Positions 40,641 to 51,531 are shown, numbered from the stretch's first letter. The stretch: 64,000 nucleotides of DNA from Alphaproteobacteria bacterium (GCA_965261735.1 OZ253470.1:3808001-3872000), one strand, 5' to 3'. A program made the numbers and translations. The notes: a model not told the origin generated them from the sequence alone.

Positions 40641-41356
40641 TCCTGATCCTTCTTGGGCCGCCGGGCGCCGGCAAGGGTACCCAGGCGCAGCGCATCGAGG
40701 AGAAGTTCGGCCTCATCGCGCTGGCGACGGGTGACATGCTGCGCGAGGCGGTGGCCGCGGGCACCCCGGTAGGGCGAAAGGCCAAGGCGGTGATCGATGC
40801 TGGCGGGTTGGTGCCGGACGACGTCATCATGGCGCTGCTCTCCGAGCGTCTCGACGGCATTGGCGAGCAGCGCGGCGTCATCTTCGACGGCGTGCCGCGC
40901 ACCGCCACCCAGGCCGAGACGCTGGATGAGATCCTGGCCGCGCACCAGCGCCGTGTCGACGGCGTGATCGAGATACGGGTGAACGAGGCCCTGCTCGTTG
41001 AGCGCATCGTCGGTCGCTTCACGTGCGTGGCTTGCGGGGCCAGCTACCACGATAGCTTCAAGCAACCGGCGGTTGCCGGGGTTTGCGACCGGTGTGGCTC
41101 GACCGAATTCTCTCGGCGCTCCGACGACACGGCCGAGACCGTCAAGGCGCGCCTCGCCGCCTACAACGCGGAAACGGCGCCATTGCTCGCCTACTACCGC
41201 GAACGCGGCTTCGTGTGGACGGTCGACGGCGCCGCCGCCTTCGAAGAGGTGGCGCGCCAGATCGAGGATGTGCTGGCGGGAGTGGAAGCAGTTGACTTCG
41301 CGCCCCGCAATCCCAATAATTGCGCGCCCCCGGGCGCCGTCTCGGCCGATCGCTGA
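40637..41356 (+). CDS. adk: Adenylate kinase (Cys4 zinc-lid type)
   Basis: GPPGAGKGTQA, TGDMLR, DGVPRT, CVAC..CDRC. Confidence 0.97.
   Translation: MILILLGPPGAGKGTQAQRIEEKFGLIALATGDMLREAVAAGTPVGRKAKAVIDAGGLVPDDVIMALLSERLDGIGEQRGVIFDGVPRTATQAETLDEILAAHQRRVDGVIEIRVNEALLVERIVGRFTCVACGASYHDSFKQPAVAGVCDRCGSTEFSRRSDDTAETVKARLAAYNAETAPLLAYYRERGFVWTVDGAAAFEEVARQIEDVLAGVEAVDFAPRNPNNCAPPGAVSADR
41292..41320 (+). promoter_or_regulatory. Putative sigma70 promoter of the alpha operon, inside the adk 3' end
   Basis: TTGACT - 17 bp - AATAAT, about 70 bp upstream of rpsM. Confidence 0.65.
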
Positions 41357-41389
41357 GGCGTTAGAGCTAGCTGACAAGGAGAATCAGAC

Positions 41390-41764
41390 GTGGCGCGGAT
41401 TTCCGGCGTCAACATCCCCGACAATAAGCGGGTCGAGATCGCCCTGACCTATATATTTGGGGTCGGTCGGACGCGCGCGCGCCTCATCTGTACCCAGCTC
41501 GGCCTGCCGGCCGAGCGCAGGGTGAATCAGCTGACCGACACGGAACTGATCCAGATTCGCGAGGTCATCGAACGAAACTTCTCGGTCGAGGGCGATCTTC
41601 GCCGCGAGGTTGCGATGAATATCAAGCGGCTGCTCGATCTCGGCTGCTATCGCGGGTTGCGGCACCGCCGCGGTCTGCCGGTGCGGGGACAGCGCACCCA
41701 CACCAACGCCCGCAGCCGCAAGGGGCCAGCGCGGCCCATTGCCGGCAAGCGTAAGGCGAGCTGA
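41390..41764 (+). CDS. rpsM: 30S ribosomal protein S13
   Basis: [22 protein letters not shown]. Confidence 0.99.
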   Translation: MARISGVNIPDNKRVEIALTYIFGVGRTRARLICTQLGLPAERRVNQLTDTELIQIREVIERNFSVEGDLRREVAMNIKRLLDLGCYRGLRHRRGLPVRGQRTHTNARSRKGPARPIAGKRKAS

Positions 41765-41765
41765 T

Positions 41766-42155
41766 ATGGCGCGCGAAGCCCAACGCATCCGCCGCCGCGA
41801 GCGTAAGAACATCACCTCGGGCGTGGCCCACGTCAGCGCGACGTTCAACAACACCATGATTACCATCGCCGACGCCCAGGGTAATACCATCGCTTGGTCG
41901 TCGGCCGGGCAGAGGGGCTTCAAGGGGTCGCGCAAATCGACGCCCTACGCCGCGCAGATGGCCGGCGAGGCGGCCGGCCGTAAGGCGCAGGAACATGGCA
42001 TGAAGACGCTTGAGGTACAGGTCAAGGGGCCGGGGTCGGGACGCGAATCGGCGCTCCGCGCGTTGCAGGCGGTGGGCTTCGTGATCACCTCCATCCGAGA
42101 TGTCTCGGCCATCCCTCACAACGGATGCAGGCCGCCGAAACGCCGGCGCGTTTGA
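41766..42155 (+). CDS. rpsK: 30S ribosomal protein S11
   Basis: [26 protein letters not shown]. Confidence 0.99.
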   Translation: MAREAQRIRRRERKNITSGVAHVSATFNNTMITIADAQGNTIAWSSAGQRGFKGSRKSTPYAAQMAGEAAGRKAQEHGMKTLEVQVKGPGSGRESALRALQAVGFVITSIRDVSAIPHNGCRPPKRRRV

Positions 42156-42264
42156 GGCGACCGCAGGTGCCTCTTTCCGCTGCCGCCACGCGGTACACGC
42201 GGGTACGACTGATCCAGCACGAGTGGCGGCGCACTCTCATGCCGCCAGAAGCGAGGTTTAACAC

Positions 42265-43281
42265 GTGATTCAAAAGAATTGGCAAGAGCTGATAAAGCCT
42301 AACAAGCTTGTCGTCGAGACGGGTGAAGACCCCACGCGCAGCGCCAACCTGGTGGCCGAACCGCTCGAGCGCGGCTTCGGGATGACGCTGGGCAATTCGC
42401 TGCGCCGGGTGCTGCTGTCGTCGCTTCAAGGCTCAGCCGTCACCTCACTCCACATCGACAGCGTTCTGCATGAGTTTTCCTCGATCCCCGGCGTCCGCGA
42501 GGACGTCACCGACGTCGTCCTCAACGTCAAGGCGCTGGCGCTGAACATGCATGGCGAGGGGCCCAAGCGCATGACGCTGAAGGCCGAAGGCCCGGGCGAG
42601 GTCACCGCGGCCCAGATTAGCGCCGGCCATGATATCGACATCATGAATCCGGGGCTGGTGATCTGCACGCTCGACGACGGCGCCAGTATCAGCATGGAAA
42701 TGACAGTCGAGATCGGCAAGGGCTACGTACCGGCCGAGCGCAACCGACCCGACGATGCGCCGATCGGCCTGATCCCGGTGGACGCGATCTACAGTCCGGT
42801 CAAGCGCGTCTCCTACAAGGTCGAGAATACGCGCGAAGGTCAGATCCTCGACTACGACAAGCTGACGATGCAGGTCGAAACCAACGGCGCCCTCACGCCC
42901 GAGAACGCGGTCGCTTACGCCGCGCGCATCCTCCAGGACCAGCTCCAGCGCTTCATCAACTTCGAGGAACCGGCCATCGAGGAACGCGAGGCCCGCCCCT
43001 TGGAACCCGAGTTCAATCGCAACCTGCTGCGCAAGGTTGACGAACTCGAGCTGTCTGTGCGCTCGGCGAACTGCCTTAAGAACGACAACATCGTCTATAT
43101 CGGCGACCTCATTCAGAAGACCGAGGCGGAAATGCTGCGCACGCCGAATTTCGGTCGCAAGTCGCTGAACGAGATCAAGGAAGTGCTCACGACGATGGGC
43201 CTCCACCTCGGCATGGAAGTGCCGAACTGGCCACCCGAGAATATCGAGGAGCTGGCGAAGCGCCTCGATGAGCCGTACTAG
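42265..43281 (+). CDS. rpoA: RNA polymerase alpha subunit
   Basis: [33 protein letters not shown]. Confidence 0.99.
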   Translation: MIQKNWQELIKPNKLVVETGEDPTRSANLVAEPLERGFGMTLGNSLRRVLLSSLQGSAVTSLHIDSVLHEFSSIPGVREDVTDVVLNVKALALNMHGEGPKRMTLKAEGPGEVTAAQISAGHDIDIMNPGLVICTLDDGASISMEMTVEIGKGYVPAERNRPDDAPIGLIPVDAIYSPVKRVSYKVENTREGQILDYDKLTMQVETNGALTPENAVAYAARILQDQLQRFINFEEPAIEEREARPLEPEFNRNLLRKVDELELSVRSANCLKNDNIVYIGDLIQKTEAEMLRTPNFGRKSLNEIKEVLTTMGLHLGMEVPNWPPENIEELAKRLDEPY

Positions 43282-43322
43282 GCGGCCCGGGAAACCATCG
43301 CGCTCGTAAACGGGGAAGAAAC

Positions 43323-43751
43323 ATGCGCCACCGTCGCAGCGGCCGCAGGCTCGGTCGCAGCAGCGCCCACCGCAAGGCCATGTTCGCCAATCTCGCGGCG
43401 GCACTGATCAAGCACGAGCAGATCAGCACGACGCTGGCGAAGGCGAAGGACCTGCGGCGGATCGTGGACCGCTTGATCACCCTCGGCAAGCGCGGCGACC
43501 TCCACGCCCGGCGCCAGGTGCTTTCGTTTCTCGGCGACCGAAAGCTCGCGGAAAAGCTCATTGCGGCGCTGGGGCCACGCTACGCCGAGCGGCAGGGCGG
43601 CTACACGCGCGTGATCCGCGCCGGCTTTCGCTACGGCGACGCGGCGCCGATGGCCGTCATCGAGCTCGTCGATCGAGACCCCGAGGCCAAGGGCCAGGAT
43701 TCGGGGCCCATGCCTGGCGAGGCCGAGGAAGAAGCCGAGGCCGCGGCCTAG
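43323..43751 (+). CDS. rplQ: 50S ribosomal protein L17
   Basis: [18 protein letters not shown]. Confidence 0.98.
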   Translation: MRHRRSGRRLGRSSAHRKAMFANLAAALIKHEQISTTLAKAKDLRRIVDRLITLGKRGDLHARRQVLSFLGDRKLAEKLIAALGPRYAERQGGYTRVIRAGFRYGDAAPMAVIELVDRDPEAKGQDSGPMPGEAEEEAEAAA

Positions 43752-43823
43752 GGTACACCGCCGGACCGGCGCCCCTCTCGAAGACCAGCCGGGCACTGCC
43801 TTTTTGTCTCATCCGCGCTAGAC

Positions 43824-45284
43824 TTGATGGCGATGAAGCGCACGCGGATTGAACCGGTCCGCCGCCGCGCTCGCGGTGCCGCGTTCTGGCTCGCCGGGGG
43901 GGCTGCGCTGGCGGTCGTGCCCGCGGCCGCCGAGACGGCCACCAAAACGCTGCCGCGCGCGCAGGGCGAGATCGAGCTTTCGTTCGCGCCGCTGGTACGC
44001 ACGGCGGCACCGGCTGTCGTTAACGTCTTCACGCGGCGCTCGGTGCAACAGGGGCGGCCGCTCTCACCCTTCTTCAACGACCCCTTCTTCCGGCGGTTTT
44101 TCGGTGAGGATTCGCCGTTCGTGGGTCCGCGCGAGCGCATCGAGAGCTCTCTCGGCTCGGGCGTCATCGTCGCGCCGAGCGGGCTTATCGTCACCAACCA
44201 CCACGTGATCAAGGACAGTGACGAGATCACCGTCGCCCTCGCCGACCGCCGGGAATTTGCCGCCACGGTCGCGCTCACGGACGAGCGAACCGATCTCGCC
44301 GTGCTGCGGGTCGACACCAGGGGCCGGCCGCTGCCCTTCCTGGAGCTGCGCGATTCGGACGAGCTCGAAGTCGGTGATCTCGTGCTCGCCATCGGCAACC
44401 CGTTCGGGGTCGGCCAGACGGTGACGAGCGGCATCGTCTCGGCTCTGGCGCGCACGCAGATCGGCGTCGCCGATTTCCGTTCCTTCATCCAGACCGATGC
44501 GGCGATCAACCCCGGCAACTCGGGCGGTGCGTTGGTGTCGCTCGACGGCAAGCTCGCCGGCATCAACACGGCGATTTTCTCGCGGACCGGCGGCTCGATC
44601 GGCATCGGCTTCGCCATTCCCGCCAACATGGTGGCGGTGGTGATCGATGCCGCGGTGCGCGGCGGCAAGGTGGCGCGCCCCTGGCTTGGCGTTTCCGGCC
44701 AATCGGTGGATGCCGAAATGTCCGAGGCGCTCGGTCTCGACCGCCCGACAGGCGTCCTGATCAACAACCTCTATCCCGGCGGCCCGGCGGCCGCAGCGGG
44801 CATCGAGGTGGGCGACATCGTGCGCACGGTGGACGGCCGCGAGGTGTTCGATGCGCCGGGCCTCGACTACCGGATCGCGACGCGCCCCCTCGGCGCCCCG
44901 ACCGAGATCGAGATCCTGCGCGATGGTGAGGCGCGTAAGGTCATCGTGCCGATGGCGGTACCGCCCGAGGAGCCGCCGCGGCGGATTACGAGGCTCGCGG
45001 GCCGGCACCCACTGGCCGGCGTGACGGTCGCCAACCTCTCGCCCGCGTTCGCCGAGGAGCTCGGCCTCGACATGCTGCTGCGCGGCGTCGTCATTCTCGA
45101 AGTGGCCCGCGCTAGCGCTGCCCAGCGCATCGGCTTTCGGCCCGGAGACATCGTGCTGTCGATCAACGACGACGACATCGACGCGGTCGCCGCGCTCGAC
45201 GAGGTGCTGTCGGCCGGCGCGCGCGAATGGCGCGTCAACGTGCGCCGGGGCGAGAACGTACTGCGCGTAGTGGTGCGCGGATGA
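43824..45284 (+). CDS. DegQ/HtrA family periplasmic serine protease with two PDZ domains (start codon uncertain)
   Basis: SLGSGVI, TNHHV, TDLAVL, QTDAAINPGNSGG. Confidence 0.95.
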   Translation: MMAMKRTRIEPVRRRARGAAFWLAGGAALAVVPAAAETATKTLPRAQGEIELSFAPLVRTAAPAVVNVFTRRSVQQGRPLSPFFNDPFFRRFFGEDSPFVGPRERIESSLGSGVIVAPSGLIVTNHHVIKDSDEITVALADRREFAATVALTDERTDLAVLRVDTRGRPLPFLELRDSDELEVGDLVLAIGNPFGVGQTVTSGIVSALARTQIGVADFRSFIQTDAAINPGNSGGALVSLDGKLAGINTAIFSRTGGSIGIGFAIPANMVAVVIDAAVRGGKVARPWLGVSGQSVDAEMSEALGLDRPTGVLINNLYPGGPAAAAGIEVGDIVRTVDGREVFDAPGLDYRIATRPLGAPTEIEILRDGEARKVIVPMAVPPEEPPRRITRLAGRHPLAGVTVANLSPAFAEELGLDMLLRGVVILEVARASAAQRIGFRPGDIVLSINDDDIDAVAALDEVLSAGAREWRVNVRRGENVLRVVVRG

Positions 45285-46591
45285 GCTCGCTCTTCGAGGC
45301 GGCCGGACTCGCCGATGGTGCGCCGCGGCCGCTCGCCGACCGGCTCCGGCCGGACAGCCTCGACGAAGTCCTGGGGCAGGACCACCTGCTCGGCGCCACG
45401 GGGCCCATTCGCCGCATGCTCGATAGCCGCCGCCTCGCCGCGATGATCCTTTGGGGCGCACCGGGGACGGGTAAAACGACCATCGCGCGGCTGCTGGCGC
45501 GCGAGGTCGACATCGAGTTCGTCCAGCTATCGGCGGTGTTCTCGGGCGTCGCCGATCTCCGGCAGGCCTTCGAGGGCGCGCGCCGTCGCCGCACCGAGGG
45601 CCGCGGCACGCTGTTGTTCGTCGATGAGGTCCACCGCTTCAACCGCAGTCAGCAGGACGGCTTTCTGCCGGTCGTCGAGGACGGCACCATCACCCTCGTC
45701 GGCGCGACCACCGAGAACCCGTCGTTCGAGCTCAACTCGGCGCTGCTCTCGCGCTGCCAGGTCTTCGTCCTCAAGCGCCTCGACGATGAGGCGCTTGAGA
45801 CCCTGCTGGCACGCGCGGAAGCCGCCGAGGGCCATCCCCTGCCGCTCACGCCCGAGGCGCGCGCCGCGCTGCGCGCCCTCTCCGATGGCGATGGCCGCTA
45901 CGTGCTCAACCTGGCCGAGGAGTTGCTGGCGTCGCCGCCCGCGGCGGCGCTCGATACGCGTGCGCTGGCCGCGGCGGTGCAGCAGCGGATGCCGGTCTAT
46001 GACCGGGCGCAGGACGGCCATTACAACCTCATCAGCGCGCTCCACAAGTCGCTACGTGGCTCCGACACGGACGCCGCGCTCTACTGGCTGGCGCGCATGC
46101 TGGTGGCCGGCGAGGACCCGCTCTACATCGCGCGCCGATTGGTCCGGTTCGCGGTCGAGGACGTCGGCCTGGCTGATCCGCAGGCGCTGCTCCAGGCGCT
46201 CGCCGCAAAGGAGGCCTACGATTTTCTCGGCAGCCCAGAGGGCGAGCTCGCGCTCGTCCAGTGCGTCATCTATCTCGGCGTCGCGCCCAAGTCGAACGCG
46301 ACCTATCGGGCGCAGTCGCAGGCCAATGTGGCGGCGCGCGAATCGGGTTCGTTGATGCCGCCGCTGCACATCCTGAATGCGCCCACGCGCCTGATGAAGG
46401 ACCTGGGCTACGGTGCCGGCTACGTCTACGACCACGACACCGCCGACGCCTTTTCGGGGCAGAACTACTTTCCCGACGACCACCCGCGCACATCCTTCTA
46501 CGAGCCCACCGATCGCGGCTTCGAGCGCGAGGTCGGCGAGCGCCTCGCCTATTGGAACAAGCTGCGCGCCGAGAAGGGCGCAGGCCCCTAA
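45281..46591 (+). CDS. rarA: Replication-associated recombination protein A (AAA+ ATPase)
   Basis: PLADRLRP, GAPGTGKTT, FVDEVHRFN, GATTENPSF, ISALHKSLRGSD. Confidence 0.96.
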   Translation: MSSLFEAAGLADGAPRPLADRLRPDSLDEVLGQDHLLGATGPIRRMLDSRRLAAMILWGAPGTGKTTIARLLAREVDIEFVQLSAVFSGVADLRQAFEGARRRRTEGRGTLLFVDEVHRFNRSQQDGFLPVVEDGTITLVGATTENPSFELNSALLSRCQVFVLKRLDDEALETLLARAEAAEGHPLPLTPEARAALRALSDGDGRYVLNLAEELLASPPAAALDTRALAAAVQQRMPVYDRAQDGHYNLISALHKSLRGSDTDAALYWLARMLVAGEDPLYIARRLVRFAVEDVGLADPQALLQALAAKEAYDFLGSPEGELALVQCVIYLGVAPKSNATYRAQSQANVAARESGSLMPPLHILNAPTRLMKDLGYGAGYVYDHDTADAFSGQNYFPDDHPRTSFYEPTDRGFEREVGERLAYWNKLRAEKGAGP

Positions 46592-46644
46592 GTGGGGCGC
46601 GCAGGCGCGTTGCCCCTGGGCGGGCGAGGGTTTGCTTGGGCGCC

Positions 46645-47601
46645 ATGAGAGGCGTCGACACGCGTGAGGTCGAAGCCGACGCCGCGGGCATCAGGCTCGA
46701 CCGCTGGTTTAGCCGTCATTATCCGGGCGTCGCGCATGCCCGTCTCGAGAAGTGGCTGCGGACGGGGCAGGTGCGCATCGACGGCAAGCGCGCCAAGGCG
46801 GGCGCCCGGCTGGCGGCCGGGCAGCGCGTGCGCGTGCCGCCCCTCGACCACGGCGCGGTGCCGCCGGCGCGCCCTCGCGCCGAGGTTGCACCCGCGGACG
46901 CGGCTGATCTGCGGGCGCGGGTCCTCCACCGCGACGACGCGGTGATCGTCATCGACAAGCCGCCGGGCCTGGCGGTGCAGGGGGGCAGCCGCATCCACCA
47001 CCACCTCGATGCCATGCTCGATGCCTTGGCCTTCTGCGGCGACAGGCCGCGGCTCGTGCACCGCCTCGACAAGGACACGAGCGGCGTGCTCGTGCTGGCG
47101 CGTAATCGGATCGCCGCCGCAAGCCTCGCGGCGGCCTTCCGCCGCGGCAGCGTGCACAAGCTCTACTGGGCGCTCGTCGTGGGCGTCCCGCGTCCGGCGC
47201 GGGGTCGTATCGAGGTGGCTCTGGCCAAGCGCCCGGCGCGCGGTGGTGAAAAGGTGGTCGCCGATCAGACCGGCCGGCCGGCCGCGACCCGATACCGCGT
47301 CGTCGAGGCCGCCGGGCGGCGCGCGTCGTGGCTGGCACTCGAGCCGGAGGGCGGGCGGACGCATCAGCTACGTGTCCATTGCGCATCGCTCGGCACGCCG
47401 ATCGTCGGTGACGGCAAATATGGCGGTGCTCAGGCCTTTCCCCGCGGCGCCGCCATCGGCCGCGGCCTCCATCTCCACGCCCGCGCGATCCGACTGCCCC
47501 ATCCCGGCGGCGGGCAGCTCGCGGCCACGGCGCCGTTGCCCCCGCACATGGTCGAAAGCTGGCTCTTCCTCGGTTTCGATCCGGAGGGACCGGCCGATTG
47601 A
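46645..47601 (+). CDS. RluA/RluC family pseudouridine synthase with S4 domain
   Basis: RLDRWF, DKPPGLAVQGG, HRLDKDTSG, GRTHQLRVH. Confidence 0.95.
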   Translation: MRGVDTREVEADAAGIRLDRWFSRHYPGVAHARLEKWLRTGQVRIDGKRAKAGARLAAGQRVRVPPLDHGAVPPARPRAEVAPADAADLRARVLHRDDAVIVIDKPPGLAVQGGSRIHHHLDAMLDALAFCGDRPRLVHRLDKDTSGVLVLARNRIAAASLAAAFRRGSVHKLYWALVVGVPRPARGRIEVALAKRPARGGEKVVADQTGRPAATRYRVVEAAGRRASWLALEPEGGRTHQLRVHCASLGTPIVGDGKYGGAQAFPRGAAIGRGLHLHARAIRLPHPGGGQLAATAPLPPHMVESWLFLGFDPEGPAD

Positions 47602-47715
47602 GGCGCCGTGCGTGACAGCCGGGCTGCTCCTGTTGCCACTGGCACCGGGCTGGAATAGATGCTATCCACCCAGCATCCAAGGGGGGGCTGGTGTTGGCCG
47701 GATGGCGGTAGGTTA

Positions 47716-49269
47716 ATGGTGAATCTGCGCGACCTCGTCAGCGATCTGATCAAGCGCCGCGAGCTCGTTTTCGCGGGTGGCGGCGCCGAAAAGCTGGCGG
47801 CGCGCCACGCCAAGGGCCAAATGACGGCGCGCGAACGGTTGCGCGTGCTGTTCGAGCCCAACACCTTCCAGGAAATGGGCATGCACGCCGAGCACGAGAC
47901 GCGCGAGTTCGGGATGGCCGAACGGCAGCTGCCGGGAGACGGCGTGGTCACCGGAATCGGCTACGTCGATGGCCGGCCCGTCGCCGGTTTCAGCCAGGAC
48001 TTCACGGTCGCCGGCGGCTCCCTCGGCAAGGTTCATGCGGAGAAGATCTGCGACGTGATGGACTATGCCGGGCGCACCGGCGTACCCATCGTGGGCTTCA
48101 ACGATTCGGGCGGCGCGCGCATACAGGAGGGCGTGGAATCACTGTCGGGCTACGGCAAGGTGTTCTACCGCAACGTGCTGATGTCGGGGGTCGTCCCGCA
48201 GATCGCGGTGATTGCGGGGCCGTGCGCCGGCGGCGCCTCCTATTCGCCGGCGCTCATGGATTTCATCATCATGACCCGCTCCAACGCCAGCATGTTCATC
48301 TGTGGCCCCGATGTAATCCGCGCGGCGACCGGACAGGTGACGACGATGGAGGAGATCGGTAGCGCCGCCGCCCACGCGTCCGTCAGCGGCAACATCCACC
48401 TCATTGCCGAGGACGACCGCGACGCGATTCAGATCGTCCACCGGATGCTCTCCTTCCTGCCCTCGAACAATGCCATGGACCCGCCCCACGAGCCGGTGGC
48501 ACAGCTCTCGCTGTCCGAGGACGAGGGCATGAACGCGCTCGTTCCCGAGTCGCCCAAGGAGCCGATCGACACCTACCTCGTGATCGACCGCCTGGTCGAC
48601 CAGGGCGACTTCATGGAGATGCAGCCGGATTTCGCCGGCAACATGATAATCGGCTTCGCCCGGATCGGTGGCATCGTCGTCGGCATCGTCGCCAACCAGC
48701 CCAAGGTCAAGGCCGGCACCATCGACATCGACGCCTCCGACAAGGCGGCGCGCTTCATCAACTTCTGCGACTGCTTCAACATTCCGCTGGTGACCCTGGT
48801 CGATGTGCCGGGCTTCCTGCCCGGCGTGACCCAGGAGCGCGGCGGGATCATCCGCCACGGCGCCAAGATGCTGTACGCCTATGGCGCCGCTACCGTACCC
48901 AAGATCACCGTTTTCATGCGCAAGGCCTATGGCGGCGCCTACCTCGCCATGTGCAGCCGCGACATGGGCGCCGACATGGCGTTCGCCTGGCCCACCGCCG
49001 AGATTGCGGTGATGGGGGCCGAGGGCGCGGTCAACATCCTTTATCGGCGCGAGCTCAAGGAGGCCGCCGATCCGGTGGCGCGGGCCAAGGAGCTCGCCGA
49101 CGAGTACAGCTGCCGTTTCGCCTCGCCCTACCTCTCGGCCAGCAAGGGCTTGATCACCGACGTTATCGAGCCGTCACGGACGCGCCCTGCGGTCGCGCTG
49201 GCACTTCGTAGCCTGTTGCCCAAGCGCGAAAACAGGCCGCCCAAAAAGCGCGGGAACATCCCCCTGTGA
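47716..49269 (+). CDS. Acyl-CoA carboxyltransferase (MmdA/PccB type), alpha subunit of a Na+-pumping decarboxylase
   Basis: TARERL, QDFTVAGGSLG, DSGGARIQEG, DVPGFLPG..E..GIIRHGAK, RKAYGGAY, GNIPL. Confidence 0.9.
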   Translation: MVNLRDLVSDLIKRRELVFAGGGAEKLAARHAKGQMTARERLRVLFEPNTFQEMGMHAEHETREFGMAERQLPGDGVVTGIGYVDGRPVAGFSQDFTVAGGSLGKVHAEKICDVMDYAGRTGVPIVGFNDSGGARIQEGVESLSGYGKVFYRNVLMSGVVPQIAVIAGPCAGGASYSPALMDFIIMTRSNASMFICGPDVIRAATGQVTTMEEIGSAAAHASVSGNIHLIAEDDRDAIQIVHRMLSFLPSNNAMDPPHEPVAQLSLSEDEGMNALVPESPKEPIDTYLVIDRLVDQGDFMEMQPDFAGNMIIGFARIGGIVVGIVANQPKVKAGTIDIDASDKAARFINFCDCFNIPLVTLVDVPGFLPGVTQERGGIIRHGAKMLYAYGAATVPKITVFMRKAYGGAYLAMCSRDMGADMAFAWPTAEIAVMGAEGAVNILYRRELKEAADPVARAKELADEYSCRFASPYLSASKGLITDVIEPSRTRPAVALALRSLLPKRENRPPKKRGNIPL

Positions 49270-49316
49270 GCGGCCGAGATCGGCCGCCGCCGGCAGTGCT
49301 AGCGCGGCGCTAGTCC

Positions 49317-49679
49317 ATGTTGAACCTCGAACTTATCGGCGTCGGTATCGCCACCGTGATCGGCGTGTTGATTCTCCTATGGTTCGCGAGCGCCGCGATT
49401 GGGCGGGTCTTCCTGGTTGTGGCGCGCGTGCGTGAGCGGCGCGGCCGTATTGCTGCGGCGGCACCGGACGTGGCCGAGCGCGACGCCGTGGTCGTGGCTG
49501 CGGCGGTGGCGGCCATTCTCGAGGCGCCCCATCGCATCGTCAGCATCACCGCGCCGCTCCACTTTGCGCCGGCCTGGGCGAGCGAGGGTCGCTACGAGGG
49601 CTCGACGCTGCACCGCAACTGGGATCAGCACCTCCGCACTCGCACCGCCGGGCGCCCGCGCAAGAAGCTGAAACGATGA
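49317..49679 (+). CDS. OadG/MmdD-like membrane anchor subunit
   Basis: N-terminal TM helix (GVGIATVIGVLILLW), VVVAAAVAA segment, W..EGR tail; position between carboxyltransferase and biotin carrier. Confidence 0.75.
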   Translation: MLNLELIGVGIATVIGVLILLWFASAAIGRVFLVVARVRERRGRIAAAAPDVAERDAVVVAAAVAAILEAPHRIVSITAPLHFAPAWASEGRYEGSTLHRNWDQHLRTRTAGRPRKKLKR

Positions 49680-50074
49680 GGAAATTCCGCGTCACGGTGG
49701 ACGGCCGCCCCTACGAGGTAACGGTCGAGGTGTTGGAGGAGGAGGGCGGCGGGCCGGCGCCGAGCCCGCAATTGCCGCCGCCGCGGCCCGTTGCCGCCCG
49801 TGTCGCCCCGCCGCCGGCGGCACCCGTACCGGCAGCGCCGGCCGCACCGGCGCCCGCCGGATTGGGCGAGGTGGTGAGCCCGCTCGCCGGGACGATCGTC
49901 GAGGTGAATGTCGCCGCCGGTCAGTCGGTCCAGCCGGGCGACCGCCTGATGACCCTCGAGGCGATGAAGATGAACACGGCGGTGGCGGCACCGCAGGCCG
50001 GGACCGTGCGCGAGATCAGGGTCGAGACCGGCGCGACCGTCCAAGAAGGCCAAGTGCTGTTGATCCTTTCCTGA
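49676..50074 (+). CDS. Biotin carboxyl carrier subunit (MmdC-like)
   Basis: [16 protein letters not shown]-terminus, Pro/Ala linker, EAMKM biotinylation motif. Confidence 0.92.
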   Translation: MRKFRVTVDGRPYEVTVEVLEEEGGGPAPSPQLPPPRPVAARVAPPPAAPVPAAPAAPAPAGLGEVVSPLAGTIVEVNVAAGQSVQPGDRLMTLEAMKMNTAVAAPQAGTVREIRVETGATVQEGQVLLILS

Positions 50075-50084
50075 GGCTACGCTT

Positions 50085-51218
50085 GTGGGATCGTTGACCG
50101 AAACCCTCGCGCTCACCGGCTTCCCGCACGTCACGTGGGAAATGGCCGTGATGTGGGCGGTGATTCTCGGCCTGTTCTATCTGGCGGTGTACAAGGGTTT
50201 CGAGCCGCTCCTCCTGATCCCCATCGCGTTCGGCGCCCTGCTCGCCAATCTGCCGACCGAGGGCCTCATTAACGAGCCGACCGCCGATGCGGCGGGCGGG
50301 CTGTTCCATTACATCTCGCAAGGAATCACGCTCGAGATTTTTCCGCCGCTGATTTTCCTCGGCGTCGGCGCACTCACCGACTTTGGGCCGCTGATCGCCA
50401 ACCCGCGCACGCTGCTGCTCGGTGCGGCGGCGCAGTTCGGGGTCTTTGTCACCTTCTTCGGCGCGCTCGCGATCGGTTTCTCGGAACAACAGGCGGCGGC
50501 CATCGGCATCATTGGCGGTGCCGACGGACCGACCTCGATCTTTTTGTCCAACAAGCTGGCGCCGGAGCTACTGGCGCCGATCGCGGTCTCCGCCTACAGC
50601 TACATGGCGCTGGTGCCGCTCATTCAGCCCCCGATCATGCGCCTGTTGACGACCCGCAAGGAGCGCGAGATCCGCATGCGCTCGCTGCGCTCCGTGTCGC
50701 GGCTGGAGAAGCTGCTCTTCGCGCTCCTGGTGACCGTGCTGTGCGTGCTCCTGGTTCCCCCAGCCTCGGCGCTCATCGGCATGCTGATGTTCGGCAACTT
50801 CCTGCGCGAATGCGGCGTCGCCGAGCGGCTGTCGAAGGCGTCGCAGAACGAAATCATCAATGCGGTCACCATCTTCCTGGGCGCGAGCGTGGGCATCACC
50901 ATGTCCGGCGAGCGCTTCCTGCAGGTCGAGACGCTGATGATCCTGTCCCTCGGGATCGTCGCCTTTGGCGTTTCGACCGCCTCGGGCGTGCTCATGGCCA
51001 AGATCATGAACATGCTGAGCCGTAAGAACCCGATCAATCCGCTGATCGGATCGGCCGGCGTGTCCGCGGTACCGATGGCGGCGCGGGTTTCGCAGGTCGA
51101 GGGCCAGCGTGCCGATCCGTACAATTTCCTCCTCATGCACGCCATGGGCCCCAACGTCGCTGGTGTCATCGGTACCGCCGTCGTCGCCGGCTATTTCATC
51201 GCCCGCCTTGGCGGCTGA
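50085..51218 (+). CDS. Sodium ion-translocating decarboxylase beta subunit (OadB/MmdB family)
   Basis: [68 protein letters not shown]. Confidence 0.96.
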   Translation: MGSLTETLALTGFPHVTWEMAVMWAVILGLFYLAVYKGFEPLLLIPIAFGALLANLPTEGLINEPTADAAGGLFHYISQGITLEIFPPLIFLGVGALTDFGPLIANPRTLLLGAAAQFGVFVTFFGALAIGFSEQQAAAIGIIGGADGPTSIFLSNKLAPELLAPIAVSAYSYMALVPLIQPPIMRLLTTRKEREIRMRSLRSVSRLEKLLFALLVTVLCVLLVPPASALIGMLMFGNFLRECGVAERLSKASQNEIINAVTIFLGASVGITMSGERFLQVETLMILSLGIVAFGVSTASGVLMAKIMNMLSRKNPINPLIGSAGVSAVPMAARVSQVEGQRADPYNFLLMHAMGPNVAGVIGTAVVAGYFIARLGG

Positions 51219-51531
51219 TCCCGAGGGCCGGTCCTCGGCGGCCGATTCGACCGCGGTGCGGGCACGCATTCGGGGCCAGGTGCAGGGCGTGTGGTTCCGG
51301 CGCTGGACGGTCGAGACGGCGCGAACGCTCGGCTTGCGAGGATGGGTGCGCAACCGCGACGACGGCAGCGTCGAGGCCCTGTTCGAGGGTCCGCAAGCGG
51401 CGGTCGAGGCCATGCTCGCCGCCTGCCACGATGGGCCGTCGGCGGCCTGGGTCAGCGCCGTTGAGGCAACCCCGGCGGCGCCGGAGGATGCAGCGGGCGG
51501 GATCGGCTTTCGCGCCTTGCCGAGCCGCTAG
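51208..51531 (+). CDS. acyP: Acylphosphatase (start uncertain; TTG at 51208 overlaps the beta-subunit stop)
   Basis: [21 protein letters not shown]. Confidence 0.88.
   Translation: MAADPEGRSSAADSTAVRARIRGQVQGVWFRRWTVETARTLGLRGWVRNRDDGSVEALFEGPQAAVEAMLAACHDGPSAAWVSAVEATPAAPEDAAGGIGFRALPSR

Noticed and set aside
41356-41390. Absence of map, infA and rpmJ between adk and rpsM
   Set aside because: Normal alphaproteobacterial arrangement.
47640-47655. TGGCAC-N5-TGGA as a sigma54 promoter for the decarboxylase operon
   Set aside because: The -12 element lacks the required GC dinucleotide.
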